From: Candidatus Latescibacterota bacterium
GTDB taxonomy: Bacteria; Latescibacterota; UBA2968; GCA-2709665
DNA: 64,000 nt
Reading direction: 5' to 3'
NCBI GenBank assembly: GCA_965203805.1
Contig: OZ241917.1
Location: 3,712,001-3,776,000, forward strand
The notes under the pieces are model-generated. The model was given only the letters and a program-made list of their open reading frames with translations. It had not been told where the DNA came from and did not search any database. The position numbers were made by a program, and so were the translations under genes. This document shows, in pieces, positions 11,251 to 21,589 of the stretch (positions within the stretch are counted from its first letter, which is position 1; the number at the start of each line of letters is the position of its first letter).

Positions 11251-13170
11251 ATGGGCAAAGTTATCGGAATCGACCTGGGGACGACCAACTCCTGCGTTGC
11301 CGTGATGGAGGGAGGCGATCCCGTCGTGATTCCCAATGCCGAAGGCGGGCGCACCACGCCGTCGGTCATCGCGTTCACCAAAGACGACGAGCGCCTCGTC
11401 GGTCAGGTGGCGAAACGGCAGGCCGTGACGAACCCGCAAAACACCGTCTATTCCATCAAACGCTTTATGGGCAGGCGCTACGAGGAAGTGCCCAACGAAA
11501 TCGAAGAAGTGCCCTACGAAGTCCAGAGGGAGAGCAACGGTCTTGCTACCGCAAAACTCGGCGACACGACGTACACACCTCCCGAGATCTCGGCCATGGT
11601 CCTTCAGAAAATGAAGCAGACGGCTGAAGAATACCTGGGCGAGACCGTTACGGACGCCGTGATCACGGTCCCGGCCTACTTTAACGACGCACAGCGCAAA
11701 GCCACCACGGACGCGGGGAAGATCGCCGGCCTGGAGGTGAAGCGAATCGTCAACGAACCCACGGCCGCTTCATTGGCCTACGGCCTGGACAAGAAAAGCG
11801 ACGAAATCATCGCGGTCTACGACCTGGGCGGCGGCACGTTCGACATTTCCATTCTGGAACTGGGCGACGGCGTATTCGAAGTCAAATCCACCAACGGGGA
11901 TACCCACCTGGGCGGGGACGACTTCGATCAGCGCATCATCGACTGGCTCGCGGACGAGTTCCAGCGGGAGAACAACATCGACCTGCGCAACGACCCAATG
12001 GCGCTGCAGCGGCTGAAGGAAGCGGCCGAAAAAGCCAAATGCGAACTTTCCAGTTCTCTTCAGACGGACGTCAACCTGCCGTTTGTCACGGCCGACGCGT
12101 CAGGCCCCAAGCATATGAACCTGACCCTGTCCCGGGCCAAATTCGAGCAACTCGTGGAAGACCTGGTCGAACGCACCAAGAGGCCGTGTGCCCAGGCGAT
12201 CAGGGACGCGGGCCTGTCGCCGTCTGAGATCAACGAGGTGATCCTGGTTGGCGGCAGCACACGCATTCCCAAAGTTCAGGAAGCGGTGAAGGAGCTCTTC
12301 GGCAAAGACCCGAACCGGGGCGTAAACCCCGACGAAGTGGTCGCGGTGGGCGCCGCGATCCAGGCCGGTGTGCTTTCGGGCGAGGTCAAAGACGTGGTGC
12401 TTCTGGACGTAACCCCGCTGTCCCTCGGCATTGAGACGCTGGGCGGCGTGATGACGAAGCTCATCGATCGCAACACCACCATTCCAACCAGGAAGTCCCA
12501 GGTATTCACAACGGCTGCCGACAGCCAGCCTTCGGTCGAGGTGCACGTGCTCCAGGGCGAAAGGGAAATGTCGGTTGACAACCGTACGATCGGCCGGTTC
12601 CACCTGGACGGCATTCCGCCCGCGCCCCGCGGCACCCCCCAGATCGAAGTCAGCTTCGACATCGACGCCAACGGGATCATGAACGTCTCCGCGAAAGACA
12701 TGGGCACAAACAAGGAACAGAGCATCCGGATTGAGGCCTCATCGGGCCTGTCCGACGCCGAAATCGACCGGATGGTCAGCGACGCCAAGGAAAACGCCGC
12801 CGATGACAAGAAGCGGCGCGAGGGCATCGAAGTTCGCAACCAGGCGGATCAGCAGGTTTACCAGACCGAAAAGCAACTCGGCGAAATGGGCGACAAAGTC
12901 AGCGACGACGCCAGGGCCAAGGTACAGGCCGCGGTGGACCGGGTGAAGGAAACGCTCAAGGGCGAGAACCCGGACGAAATCAAGGCGGCTACCGAAGCGC
13001 TCACCCAGCAGTGGCACCAGGTGGCGAGCGAACTCTATGCGCAGGCCTCGCAGGCGGGTCCGGAGGATGGGGCTCCGGGTGGTCCGGAGCAGCCCGCCGG
13101 TGAACAGAAGACAGACGACGGTGTCGTCGACGCGGAGTATGAAGTGGTGGATGACGACAAAAAGAAGTAA
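11251..13170 (+). CDS. dnaK: Chaperone DnaK (Hsp70)
   Basis: [37 protein letters not shown]-terminal VDAEYEVV. Confidence 0.99.
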   Translation: MGKVIGIDLGTTNSCVAVMEGGDPVVIPNAEGGRTTPSVIAFTKDDERLVGQVAKRQAVTNPQNTVYSIKRFMGRRYEEVPNEIEEVPYEVQRESNGLATAKLGDTTYTPPEISAMVLQKMKQTAEEYLGETVTDAVITVPAYFNDAQRKATTDAGKIAGLEVKRIVNEPTAASLAYGLDKKSDEIIAVYDLGGGTFDISILELGDGVFEVKSTNGDTHLGGDDFDQRIIDWLADEFQRENNIDLRNDPMALQRLKEAAEKAKCELSSSLQTDVNLPFVTADASGPKHMNLTLSRAKFEQLVEDLVERTKRPCAQAIRDAGLSPSEINEVILVGGSTRIPKVQEAVKELFGKDPNRGVNPDEVVAVGAAIQAGVLSGEVKDVVLLDVTPLSLGIETLGGVMTKLIDRNTTIPTRKSQVFTTAADSQPSVEVHVLQGEREMSVDNRTIGRFHLDGIPPAPRGTPQIEVSFDIDANGIMNVSAKDMGTNKEQSIRIEASSGLSDAEIDRMVSDAKENAADDKKRREGIEVRNQADQQVYQTEKQLGEMGDKVSDDARAKVQAAVDRVKETLKGENPDEIKAATEALTQQWHQVASELYAQASQAGPEDGAPGGPEQPAGEQKTDDGVVDAEYEVVDDDKKK

Positions 13171-13189
13171 TCCACATCAGGAGAAGAAC

Positions 13190-13228
13190 AGCGGAGGCGA
13201 TCCCCCGGGGATGGCCTCCGCTTTTTTG
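13190..13228 (+). terminator. Rho-independent terminator of dnaK
   Basis: AGCGGAGGC...GCCTCCGCT hairpin followed by a T run. Confidence 0.85.
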
Positions 13229-13247
13229 TTTCAAATTCGGCGCGTTT

Positions 13248-13298
13248 TCCCGTCTCCCGTCTTCCGTCTCCCCCGGGGGTGAAGGGTTGTGGGGAGGA
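13248..13298. repeat. Heptamer tandem repeat (TCCCGTC x3) abutting a REP-like hairpin
   Basis: TCCCGTC TCCCGTC TTCCGTC; related AGACGTK/TCTCMCG heptamers occur at 31320-31465. Confidence 0.45.
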
Positions 13299-13311
13299 TC
13301 CGCGATCGTCG

Positions 13312-13509
13312 TCAACTCTCGAGTTGCCGCGCGGAAAAGAGCGCCCACGCCCGTTCGCGCGCGGCGGTCTCATTCTTCGGTTCATTCAACTTGTACTCGA
13401 ACCGGAGCCGACGCTTTCCTTTCACGACCTCAAAGACATCGACGAGCCAGAAGTCGCCGTCATGTCTCGCATTCAGGATAAACTCGCGCTTCTTGTGGCG
13501 AAAAACCAT
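13312..13509 (-). CDS. Small hypothetical protein (65 aa)
   Basis: MVFRHKKREFILNARHDGDFWLVDVFEV...; GGAG upstream of ATG; protein-like composition. Confidence 0.5.
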   Translation of the reverse strand: MVFRHKKREFILNARHDGDFWLVDVFEVVKGKRRLRFEYKLNEPKNETAARERAWALFSARQLES

Positions 13510-13591
13510 AGCCGGCTCCGGCTTCGAGGATTCGCGTTCGGCGATATCTCTCAGGCACCGTGATCCTGCATCGGAAGGCCGCCGGGCCGGG

Positions 13592-14410
13592 CTACCAGTT
13601 GTCCATGCCAAGCAGCTTTCGCCCGAGCGGCGTCAACCGAGCCGTTTCGCCTTCCAGGTGTTCCTTTTCCTTCCGGTTCTTGCCCAGCCCAGTAAGCCGT
13701 TCACGCCATCCCTCAATGCGGCGCTGCCGGTGGGATTCGTCGACGTCCCTGGCCGGTGTCATTGTGATGTATTGCGCAATGCGCGGCCGTTCGGCCGAGT
13801 TCGGGCTGCTTCCATGGGGCAACAGGCTGTTCCAGATGACGAGGTCGCCCTCCCTGCCGGCGATCGGCTTCGCCTGATGCCCGAATTCCGCCTGCATCCG
13901 CGTCCTGGGGTCGTCCTCGTCCGACAGCGTATCGAGCCAGTCCGCAATACGACGGTGGAAGCCGGGGATGCACGTGAACGCGCCCTGGTTCGCCGCTGTA
14001 TCCGACAGATACAACACCCCCTGTACCATGAAGCGGGAAGGGTCGTCCAGTGAGATATCCCAATGCAGATAGGGTCCCTTGAACGCAAATCCGGGTCGTT
14101 CCGGCGGATTCAGACTCGTCCTGTCGAAACTCACCCAGAGCTTCTCGGTCCCCCAGATGTCAGCAAACGCCCGGTGGACCCTGGGGTGCTGCCGGTTGTT
14201 CCACAGCGCCTGGCTCTGGTACATTTCGACCATGATTCCTGGCCTGGGCGGGTCCGGGTACCACGTCTCCGCGTTTTCGGAGTCCATGCCCAGAAATCCC
14301 CACACGGCCTCCTCGGCCGCGCGGCAGTTTGCCTGCGGAACGGCCTCGGGCACCACAACGTATCCGTTCTCCTTCCAGAATGCCAACGCTTCGGCGTCCA
14401 GAACTGCCAT
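13592..14410 (-). CDS. Phytanoyl-CoA dioxygenase (PhyH) family Fe(II)/2OG enzyme
   Basis: FWKENGYVVV, HWD, GDLVIWNSLLPHG; GGAGG before ATG 14410. Confidence 0.88.
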   Translation of the reverse strand: MAVLDAEALAFWKENGYVVVPEAVPQANCRAAEEAVWGFLGMDSENAETWYPDPPRPGIMVEMYQSQALWNNRQHPRVHRAFADIWGTEKLWVSFDRTSLNPPERPGFAFKGPYLHWDISLDDPSRFMVQGVLYLSDTAANQGAFTCIPGFHRRIADWLDTLSDEDDPRTRMQAEFGHQAKPIAGREGDLVIWNSLLPHGSSPNSAERPRIAQYITMTPARDVDESHRQRRIEGWRERLTGLGKNRKEKEHLEGETARLTPLGRKLLGMDNW

Positions 14411-14761
14411 GTCAACCTCCCTTAACTTATCGGATCGAACGGAATGAAAAAACCCACTCGATTTCCAGGTGATAACGTGCGGTCCCGAATATGTTGCCGG
14501 AACGAAACCTGTCAAGTCATTTCGATCTGCCACCGGGACTCGGGAGGACAATGCGAGCGACGATCGGACCGGCGGACTCCGGAAACTCTTTTTTGTGTGG
14601 ATAATGTGCCGATCTTGTATATATTTCCTTGTTGGCCCGGGTCGGCCCGTCCAACGGGTCCCGATGCCTCCGATACGGATCGAAACACGGGTCCGAACCC
14701 CGTTTTCCGCAACGTCGCCAGAGGGTTTGCTGAAGCTGTATCTGTTCCTGGGACTCCGATC

Positions 14762-15199
14762 ATGACGGTCCGGAAAGTCAAATTCATCTCGGGTTTCGCG
14801 GTCATCGTCGCCAGCCTGATTCTTCTGGTTGTTACCAGTTCTCAGAAAATGGCGATGTATTACCTTACCGTTTCGGAACTGGATGCCCGTGAGACTGAAT
14901 TCGCGAATCAGCGCATCAAGCTCGCGGGCAAGGTCACGCCCGGCACCATCCGGAAGCGTCCGGGCCGCATTGTCGAGTTTCAGATCTGGGAACCCCTGGG
15001 CGGAGACGCCTTCTCCGCCAAACGATCGGTGGTATATGCGGGCATTGTGCCGGACACGTTCCGGGACGAAGCCGACGTGGTCCTGGAAGGCGAAGTTGGC
15101 GCGAACGGCCTCTTTCGCGCCCAAACTCTGTTGGCCAAGTGCCCCTCCAAATACGAGGGGCAATCTTACGACGAAATCAAGAAAGCCTATAGCAGGTAA
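14762..15199 (+). CDS. ccmE: Heme chaperone CcmE (CxxxY type)
   Basis: N-terminal TM helix, YYLTVSEL, VPDTFRDEADVVLEG, LLAKCPSKYE. Confidence 0.92.
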   Translation: MTVRKVKFISGFAVIVASLILLVVTSSQKMAMYYLTVSELDARETEFANQRIKLAGKVTPGTIRKRPGRIVEFQIWEPLGGDAFSAKRSVVYAGIVPDTFRDEADVVLEGEVGANGLFRAQTLLAKCPSKYEGQSYDEIKKAYSR

Positions 15200-15304
15200 C
15201 ATCCATCCAGTGTTCTGACCCGCTGAAAGATCCTCGAATGACGACACATCTCACATACAGGAAACCGGTAAAGACCGGTCGTCCGATGAACCGCGGCTCC
15301 AGCA

Positions 15305-17287
15305 ATGGCTGAAATCGGCAATTTTCTCATCTGGTTCTCGGCGGTCGCCTCCCTCTACGCGGCGGTGTCCGGTGTTCTGGCCGGCCGGACCGGCAGGCTG
15401 AATCTCACGCTCAGCACGGAACGCGCGGTTGCCGCCACTTTCGTTATGGTTCTGGGAGCCTTCGGCCTGCTGGAGTACTTTTTCCTCGACGACCGATTCG
15501 ACCTCCACTACGTGGCCGGTCATTCCAGCCGCGACCTGCCGACGCCCTATAAGTTCACCGCCGTATGGTCTGGCATGGAGGGCTCGCTCCTGCTCTGGGC
15601 CCTCATTCTGGCAGGTTTCAATTTCTTCGCCACGCGCAATACGCGGAGGTTCCGCGGGCCGCTGGCCTCGTACGCGACCATTGTGATGTCGCTCACCCAG
15701 GTCTTTTTCCTCGTCCTGATCGGATATTGGGAGAATCCCTTCCGCGAACTCGGTTTCGAGGCCCCCGACGGGCAGGGCATGAATCCGCTGCTGGTCCATC
15801 CGGCCATGGCCATTCACCCGCCCATGCTGTATCTCGGCTACGTGGGATTCATCGTACCGTATGCGTTCGCAATGGCCGCGCTTCTGAGCCGGCAGGTGGA
15901 CGAAGCGTGGATCCGCACCACCCGCCGCTGGACCATCTGGCCATGGTTTTTCCTTGGCACGGGGCAGCTCCTGGGCGGCAACTGGGCCTACGTGGTCCTC
16001 GGATGGGGCGGGTACTGGGGTTGGGACCCGGTTGAGAACGCCGCGCTGCTTCCCTGGCTCACGGGCACCGCGTTCCTGCATTCGGTTATGATCCAGGAAA
16101 AGAAGGGGATGCTCAAAGTCTGGAACATGGCGCTCATCATCCTCACCTTTACGCTGTGCATCTATGGCACCTTTCTGACCCGCAGCGGCCTGGTTTCCTC
16201 CGTGCATGCGTTCGCACAGTCGCCGATCGGCAGCGTGTTCCTCTATTTCCTGGCGGTCATCGTGGTCTTTTCCGCCGGCCTCCTGTGGCGGCGGCGGCCA
16301 TTGCTCAAGAGCGGGAACGAATACGAATCTCCCGTCTCCCGGGAAGGGGGCTTCCTGCTCAACAATCTCCTGTTTCTTACGGCCACTTTTGCGGTGTTCT
16401 GGGGCGTCATGTTCCCGGTGCTCTCGGAAGCCGTCACCGGCACAAAGGTCACCGTGGGCCCGCCCTTTTTCAGCACCGTAATGACGCCCATAGGCCTGCT
16501 TCTGCTTCTTCTGACGGGCGTGGGTCCGCTGCTGGCCTGGCGCAAGACGTCGGCGCGCAGCCTGAAAAAGCACTTCACCGGACCGGGCATCTTCGGTCTC
16601 CTCTGCGGGGCTGCCGCATTCGCCGCCGGGGCGCGCGAACCGTACGCGTTGATCTCCTTTACGCTGTGCGGATTCGTGACAGGCGCCATCGCCAGCGAGT
16701 TTCACAGAGGCGCGAAGGCGCGGGGAAGCAGTTCAAACGAGCCGTATCTCAGGGCGCTCTGGTCTCTCACCGTGCGAAACCGCCGGCGTTACGGCGGTTA
16801 TATCGTCCACTTCGGCGTTGTGCTTCTCTTCTTGGGATTCACGGGCAATGCCTTCAACCGGGAAATCGAAGCCGGGCTGAAGCACGGCGAGTCCGCGACC
16901 ATCGGCAAATACCGCCTCGTCTACGAAGGCAGTTCCCAGAGCCGGAATCCGCTCACCATCGTGATCCAGACCCAGCTTGGCGTGTACCAGGGCGACCGGC
17001 GTCTGGGGACGATGTGGCCGGAGCAGCACGTCTACTACAAACGAAAGGACCAGCAGCGAACCACGGAAGTCGCCGTCCGTTCCAGCCTGCGGGAAGACCT
17101 GTACGTCTTATATGAGGGGCGGGATCCGGACGGCGCCGCCCTGTTCAGAATCTACGTCAATCCCCTCGTGATGTGGGTCTGGATCGGCGCGTGGGTCCTC
17201 ACCTTCGGGACGGTAATCGCCATCCTGCCCGACCGGCGTGAGCGCCTCAGGCGCGGACGAAAGGTAGGGCTTCCCGCCGCTTCCTGA
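15305..17287 (+). CDS. ccmF: Heme lyase CcmF
   Basis: IHPPMLYLGY, WWD motif WGGYWGWDPVEN, LVSSVHAF, multiple TM segments. Confidence 0.97.
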   Translation: MAEIGNFLIWFSAVASLYAAVSGVLAGRTGRLNLTLSTERAVAATFVMVLGAFGLLEYFFLDDRFDLHYVAGHSSRDLPTPYKFTAVWSGMEGSLLLWALILAGFNFFATRNTRRFRGPLASYATIVMSLTQVFFLVLIGYWENPFRELGFEAPDGQGMNPLLVHPAMAIHPPMLYLGYVGFIVPYAFAMAALLSRQVDEAWIRTTRRWTIWPWFFLGTGQLLGGNWAYVVLGWGGYWGWDPVENAALLPWLTGTAFLHSVMIQEKKGMLKVWNMALIILTFTLCIYGTFLTRSGLVSSVHAFAQSPIGSVFLYFLAVIVVFSAGLLWRRRPLLKSGNEYESPVSREGGFLLNNLLFLTATFAVFWGVMFPVLSEAVTGTKVTVGPPFFSTVMTPIGLLLLLLTGVGPLLAWRKTSARSLKKHFTGPGIFGLLCGAAAFAAGAREPYALISFTLCGFVTGAIASEFHRGAKARGSSSNEPYLRALWSLTVRNRRRYGGYIVHFGVVLLFLGFTGNAFNREIEAGLKHGESATIGKYRLVYEGSSQSRNPLTIVIQTQLGVYQGDRRLGTMWPEQHVYYKRKDQQRTTEVAVRSSLREDLYVLYEGRDPDGAALFRIYVNPLVMWVWIGAWVLTFGTVIAILPDRRERLRRGRKVGLPAAS

Positions 17288-17352
17288 AAGGGTACGGTCT
17301 GAACAACAATAGGCAATCAGCTGCGTATCGAAAGCGGGCGAAATCCGGCGGC

Positions 17353-17844
17353 GTGTGTCTCCGGCGCTCCTTTTTCCGCGCACGGACTATCTTTCCGGCA
17401 TTTCTGCTTCTCTCGCTCGCATTCTCCGTGTCCGCGGAAGTGACGCAGGAACGGGTGAGGGAGGTGGCAAAGGGCCTCGCCTGTCTCTGCGGCGACTGCC
17501 CTCGCCGTCCGCTGGACGAATGTTCCTGCGGCTGGGCGGATCGAAAGAGAGCACGAATTGCCGAAGCTCTGGAAGCCGGGCAGGACAAGGAGGCCATCGT
17601 TGCCGGCTTTGTGGCGGAATTCGGCCAGGAAGTTTTCGTCACGCCCCCGGCCGAGGGCTTCAATCTCTCCGCCTGGATCATGCCCATTGTGGCGCTGCTG
17701 CTCGGCGCTGTCGTGTTGGCGGCGGTGCTGCGCAACTGGTCGCGGCATCGCGCAGTTCCCGCGGAAGGAAGGACCCCGGAAACCGAGGCCGACGAAAAAT
17801 ACAGATCGAGGCTGGAGCATGAACTCCGGGAGCGGGAACTGTGA
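17353..17844 (+). CDS. ccmH: Cytochrome c biogenesis protein CcmH (Cys-rich variant)
   Basis: LACLCGDC...ECSCG, FVAEFGQEVFVTPP, TM WIMPIVALL. Confidence 0.8.
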   Translation: MCLRRSFFRARTIFPAFLLLSLAFSVSAEVTQERVREVAKGLACLCGDCPRRPLDECSCGWADRKRARIAEALEAGQDKEAIVAGFVAEFGQEVFVTPPAEGFNLSAWIMPIVALLLGAVVLAAVLRNWSRHRAVPAEGRTPETEADEKYRSRLEHELREREL

Positions 17845-18269
17845 GCGTCGGGGTCTGCATCGTCATTGTCACGGCCGTCTTCATCTTTGTGTTCCGCCCG
17901 TTCATGACCACGCGTGGTCGGGTCGGACAGACGCATGCGGGATCCGGTCGCGGAAACCGGCTCGTTGAAGACAGAGAGGCCCTGTATGATGCCATCCGCG
18001 AGCTGGACTTCGACTATCGCATGGGAAAGGTGGAAGAAGACGACTATCGCGCGACCCGTTCACGCTATGAGAGCCGGGCGGTTGAACTGATAAAGGCTAT
18101 CGAGGAAACCGCCGCTCCCGCTCAGGGAATCGAGGATCGTATCGAACGGGAAATCGCCGCCCTCAGACAAAAGGACGCCATCACGTGCGCCGGGTGCGGA
18201 AGCACGACGCCCCCGGGCGCCCGCTTTTGTCCGCAATGCGGCAAAGCCCTCGCGGAATCTCGTCCATGA
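17841..18269 (+). CDS. Membrane-anchored zinc-ribbon protein (CcmI-N-like) in the ccm operon
   Basis: TM helix, IRELDFDYRMGKVEEDDY, C-terminal CAGCG...FCPQCG. Confidence 0.75.
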   Translation: MSVGVCIVIVTAVFIFVFRPFMTTRGRVGQTHAGSGRGNRLVEDREALYDAIRELDFDYRMGKVEEDDYRATRSRYESRAVELIKAIEETAAPAQGIEDRIEREIAALRQKDAITCAGCGSTTPPGARFCPQCGKALAESRP

Positions 18270-19360
18270 GCAGACGATTCTACTGTCTCGTCCTTCTGCT
18301 GGCCGGGTTTTCTGACGCATCCTCCGCCACAGGCCTGGTCGTTGGTCAGGTCACCAATGAGACGCTTTCCGCGCCCCAGCGGGAATGCGTGGTTTCGCTG
18401 ATCCGCCAGACCGCCGAACCCGAAATCGTCCTTCAGGACACCACCGATGAAAAGGGGCGATTCTCGTTCAGGGACGCAGGCGGCGATGACGCGCTGTGGT
18501 TTCTTTCGGCGGCCTATGCGGGCGTCAATTACGTCCAGCGGCTTGCGGACGGCCCCAACGAAATCGCTGTCTTCGAAACCACCGACTCGGACACGGCCGT
18601 CTCCGTTGTCTCCCACCACATCATCGTGGACGCGGCCGAAAAACGAGTCGAACAGATACTGATCGTACAGAATACCGGAAACCGCACGTTCAGGACCGGC
18701 GAGGGGCATGGGCACGGACTGGAGGTTCTCCTTCCGGAAGGCGTTACCGAAGTGAGGGAAGGGCCGCAGGGCCTTCACACGCACGGCGAGATTCTCGTGA
18801 ATCCGGATCCCGTTCGACCGGGTCACAGCCAGCTCCTGTTTGCATTTGACATGCCCGCTTCCGGGCGCCTGTCGCAAACGCTGAGCTATCCCACCGGTAC
18901 CGTGGACGTCTTCATCACGCCACCCGAAGCGGACGTCAAGACAGGCGCGCTTCAGGATAGAGGCGAGGCCGCGTTTGAACAGCACAGCTTTCGAAGGTTC
19001 TCCGGCGCCGGGTTTAACAGGGGCGACCGGATCGATCTGGAAGTCAACGCCTCGCCATGGTCTCTTTCGTCCATCATGGGGGATATCGAACTCATCTGGG
19101 TGTTTTCCGGCCTGGCGGTCGGCTTTGCGCTGCTTGCCGTCTTCCTTCGGCCGTCCGGGAAGCACGTTTCTCCCGAGTCAACGCAAACCGAAGGCCGGCC
19201 CGACGTCCTCGCGCGCAGAAATGCCCTTGTTCACCAGATCGCGGACATGGATAACCGATACGAGAAGGGCGTGCTTTCGAATGAAGAGTACCAGGCCCGG
19301 CGGGATGCCTTTAAAGCGGAGCTTGTGGAGATGACCCGCATTGTGGATGGGGAGGCGTAA
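18266..19360 (+). CDS. Ccm-associated membrane protein with a carboxypeptidase-regulatory-like beta domain
   Basis: Signal peptide, GQVTNET...TTDEKGRFSF, TM helix, then LVHQIADMDNRYEKGVLSNEEY; ATGA overlap with the upstream gene. Confidence 0.7.
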   Translation: MSRRFYCLVLLLAGFSDASSATGLVVGQVTNETLSAPQRECVVSLIRQTAEPEIVLQDTTDEKGRFSFRDAGGDDALWFLSAAYAGVNYVQRLADGPNEIAVFETTDSDTAVSVVSHHIIVDAAEKRVEQILIVQNTGNRTFRTGEGHGHGLEVLLPEGVTEVREGPQGLHTHGEILVNPDPVRPGHSQLLFAFDMPASGRLSQTLSYPTGTVDVFITPPEADVKTGALQDRGEAAFEQHSFRRFSGAGFNRGDRIDLEVNASPWSLSSIMGDIELIWVFSGLAVGFALLAVFLRPSGKHVSPESTQTEGRPDVLARRNALVHQIADMDNRYEKGVLSNEEYQARRDAFKAELVEMTRIVDGEA

Positions 19361-19365
19361 GCGTT

Positions 19366-20106
19366 GTGGCCCCGCCCGCTCCGGCGATCGTTCTCAAAAC
19401 CGTGGAAAAACGGTACGGCCGCCTCGCCGCCCTGGACGGCGTCGACCTCAACCTTCCAGGCGGGGCCCTTGCGCTTCTGGGTCCGAACGGGGCCGGCAAA
19501 ACCACCCTCCTGCGGGTTATCGCCACCCTTTCCAGGCCTACGCGCGGGCGTATTTTCATCCGGGGCAGAGACGCCCGCAAGGAACCGGAACGCGTGCGGG
19601 CCGACATCGGCCTGATTTCCCACCAGACCTTTCTCTACGAGGATCTGACCGCTCGCGAAAACCTGAGCTTCTACGGCCGTCTGTACGGCCTGCGCGACCT
19701 CAAGGAACGGGTGAGAAGGGCGTTGGAGGACGTCGGCCTTTCCGGCAGGGAAGACGACCGCGTCCGCGGGTTCTCCAGGGGGATGAAACAGCGCCTCGCC
19801 ATTGCCCGGGCAACGCTCCACCATCCCGCGATTCTTCTTCTCGACGAGCCGTTTACAGGCCTGGATGCCGCCGCGTGCGCCATGTTGAGCGACCGGCTGC
19901 AACACCATCGCCGGGAGGGGCGAACGGCCATCCTGGTGACCCATGATCTGCAACGGGGTCTGTCGCTGGCGGACCGTTTCGCGATCCTGAACCGGGGGCG
20001 GTTCGTGGCGAAGGGAGAAACCCGGGGACTTTCCCCCGAGGCGATGGAACGTCGTTATGAAGGCGCCATAAACCAGCAACCTTCCGCAATCGGGACGTCA
20101 GGATAG
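19366..20106 (+). CDS. ccmA: Heme exporter ATP-binding protein CcmA
   Basis: GPNGAGKTT, FSRGMKQR, LLDEP; ccm context. Confidence 0.9.
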   Translation: MAPPAPAIVLKTVEKRYGRLAALDGVDLNLPGGALALLGPNGAGKTTLLRVIATLSRPTRGRIFIRGRDARKEPERVRADIGLISHQTFLYEDLTARENLSFYGRLYGLRDLKERVRRALEDVGLSGREDDRVRGFSRGMKQRLAIARATLHHPAILLLDEPFTGLDAAACAMLSDRLQHHRREGRTAILVTHDLQRGLSLADRFAILNRGRFVAKGETRGLSPEAMERRYEGAINQQPSAIGTSG

Positions 20107-20166
20107 GCGCGGACCGCCACCCCGCCCACGTCTGAAGTCCGGTCCAACGCGGGAACGGGGGTATCC

Positions 20167-20847
20167 CTGGCTTTCTTCTTCCGTCAGGTTTCCGCTGTAT
20201 TCTGGAAAGATTTCAAGACCGAGTTACGCACCAGAGAGCGACTCAGCGCCATGTGTTTTTTTGCGTTTCTGGTGCTTCTCGTCTTTAATTTCGTGTTCAC
20301 ACCCGATTCCGAAACCATCAGAAACGCGGCGCCGGGCATATTCTGGGTCGCCGTTACGTTTTCCGGATTCATGGTCCTGACACGTTCCTTCATTTCGGAA
20401 CGCGAAAACGACTGCCTGACGGGCCTCCTGCTTTCTCCCGCCGATCGGGGGGCGATCTACCTGGGCAAGATGCTGGCGAACCTCTGCGCCATGCTCCTGC
20501 TCGAGGCCCTGATTCTTCCGCTGATGGCTGTCTTTCTGAATATCGACGTCTGGCAGCACCTGCCGCGCCTGGTTCCAGGACTCCTGCTGGGAACCCTCGG
20601 ATTCGCCGCCGTGGGCACCCTCTTCGCCGCGATGTCGCTCAAGACCCGGCTCCAGGAGGCCCTGCTGCCAATGCTTACCCTTCCGGTTCTGGTCCCGGCC
20701 CTCCTGGCGGCCGTCGAATCTTTCCGGGGGGCGCTGGCGGGTGACTCTCTCTCCGAAATCTCCGCCTGGACCAACATCGGCGCCGCGTTCGCGCTGCTGT
20801 TCGTGGCGGCCTGCGTGCTTTTGTTCGACTATGTTGTCGAGGAGTGA
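20167..20847 (+). CDS. ccmB: Heme exporter permease CcmB (probable CTG start)
   Basis: FFRQVSAVFWKDFKTELRTRE lies in frame upstream of ATG 20251; ERENDCL..LLLSP, LLPMLTLP. Confidence 0.88.
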   Translation: MAFFFRQVSAVFWKDFKTELRTRERLSAMCFFAFLVLLVFNFVFTPDSETIRNAAPGIFWVAVTFSGFMVLTRSFISERENDCLTGLLLSPADRGAIYLGKMLANLCAMLLLEALILPLMAVFLNIDVWQHLPRLVPGLLLGTLGFAAVGTLFAAMSLKTRLQEALLPMLTLPVLVPALLAAVESFRGALAGDSLSEISAWTNIGAAFALLFVAACVLLFDYVVEE

Positions 20848-20848
20848 T

Positions 20849-21547
20849 ATGGGGAAGCGACTGTACCTCTGGTCCCGTATCCTGGGCGCGCTGGCGCTGA
20901 TCGGTATGTTGATTGCGCCCTGGCTCGCCCTCGTGTACGCAAGTGTGGAGAGGCAGATGGGCCTCGCCCAGAAGATCTTCTACTTTCACGTGCCGTCTGC
21001 TTTCGCAATGTACGCCGCCTTCTTTCTCGTCTTCGTGTTCAGCATCCTGTACCTCGTTCAAAAGAAAAAAATGTGGGACATCTGGGCCGCGTGCGCAGCC
21101 GAAGTCGGTCTTCTCTTCTGCACGCTCGTGTTACTCACCGGCCCCATCTGGGCGAAGCCCGTCTGGGGCGCCTGGTGGGTGTGGGACGCACAGTTGACCC
21201 TTACCCTGGTCCTCTGGCTGATATTCGTCGCCTACATGATGTTGAAGAGTTACAGCGAGGATCCGCTTCAGAGCGCCAGATTCCGGGCGGTTCTGGGGAT
21301 TATCGGGTTTCTTGACGCGCCGCTCATTCATTACTCCACGCGGCTGTGGCGCACCCAGCATCCCGAGGTTGTCAGGGCGGAAACAATCGGCCTCCCGCCC
21401 GACATGCTGGTCGCGTTCGTCTTCTGCTGTGCCGTATTCATCGTGCTTGCCGCCGCCATTCTGACCAGACGCGTCTCGCTCGAATTTGCCAGGGACGAGC
21501 TCGAATCGCTCAGGGCCCGATTCCGCGTGTTGGAAACGCAGGCGTAG
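20849..21547 (+). CDS. ccmC: Heme exporter protein CcmC
   Basis: IFYFHVPSA, WAKPVWGAWWVWDA, WRTQHP. Confidence 0.94.
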   Translation: MGKRLYLWSRILGALALIGMLIAPWLALVYASVERQMGLAQKIFYFHVPSAFAMYAAFFLVFVFSILYLVQKKKMWDIWAACAAEVGLLFCTLVLLTGPIWAKPVWGAWWVWDAQLTLTLVLWLIFVAYMMLKSYSEDPLQSARFRAVLGIIGFLDAPLIHYSTRLWRTQHPEVVRAETIGLPPDMLVAFVFCCAVFIVLAAAILTRRVSLEFARDELESLRARFRVLETQA

Positions 21548-21589
21548 CGGACCCTGGGCTGACCTGCCGGGCTTTTTCGGAGGACTTCA

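Noticed and set aside
14411-15247. N-terminal 279 aa of the 551-aa ORF, suggesting a fusion to PhyH
   Set aside because: It overlaps ccmE antisense, and a strong GGAGG precedes ATG 14410.
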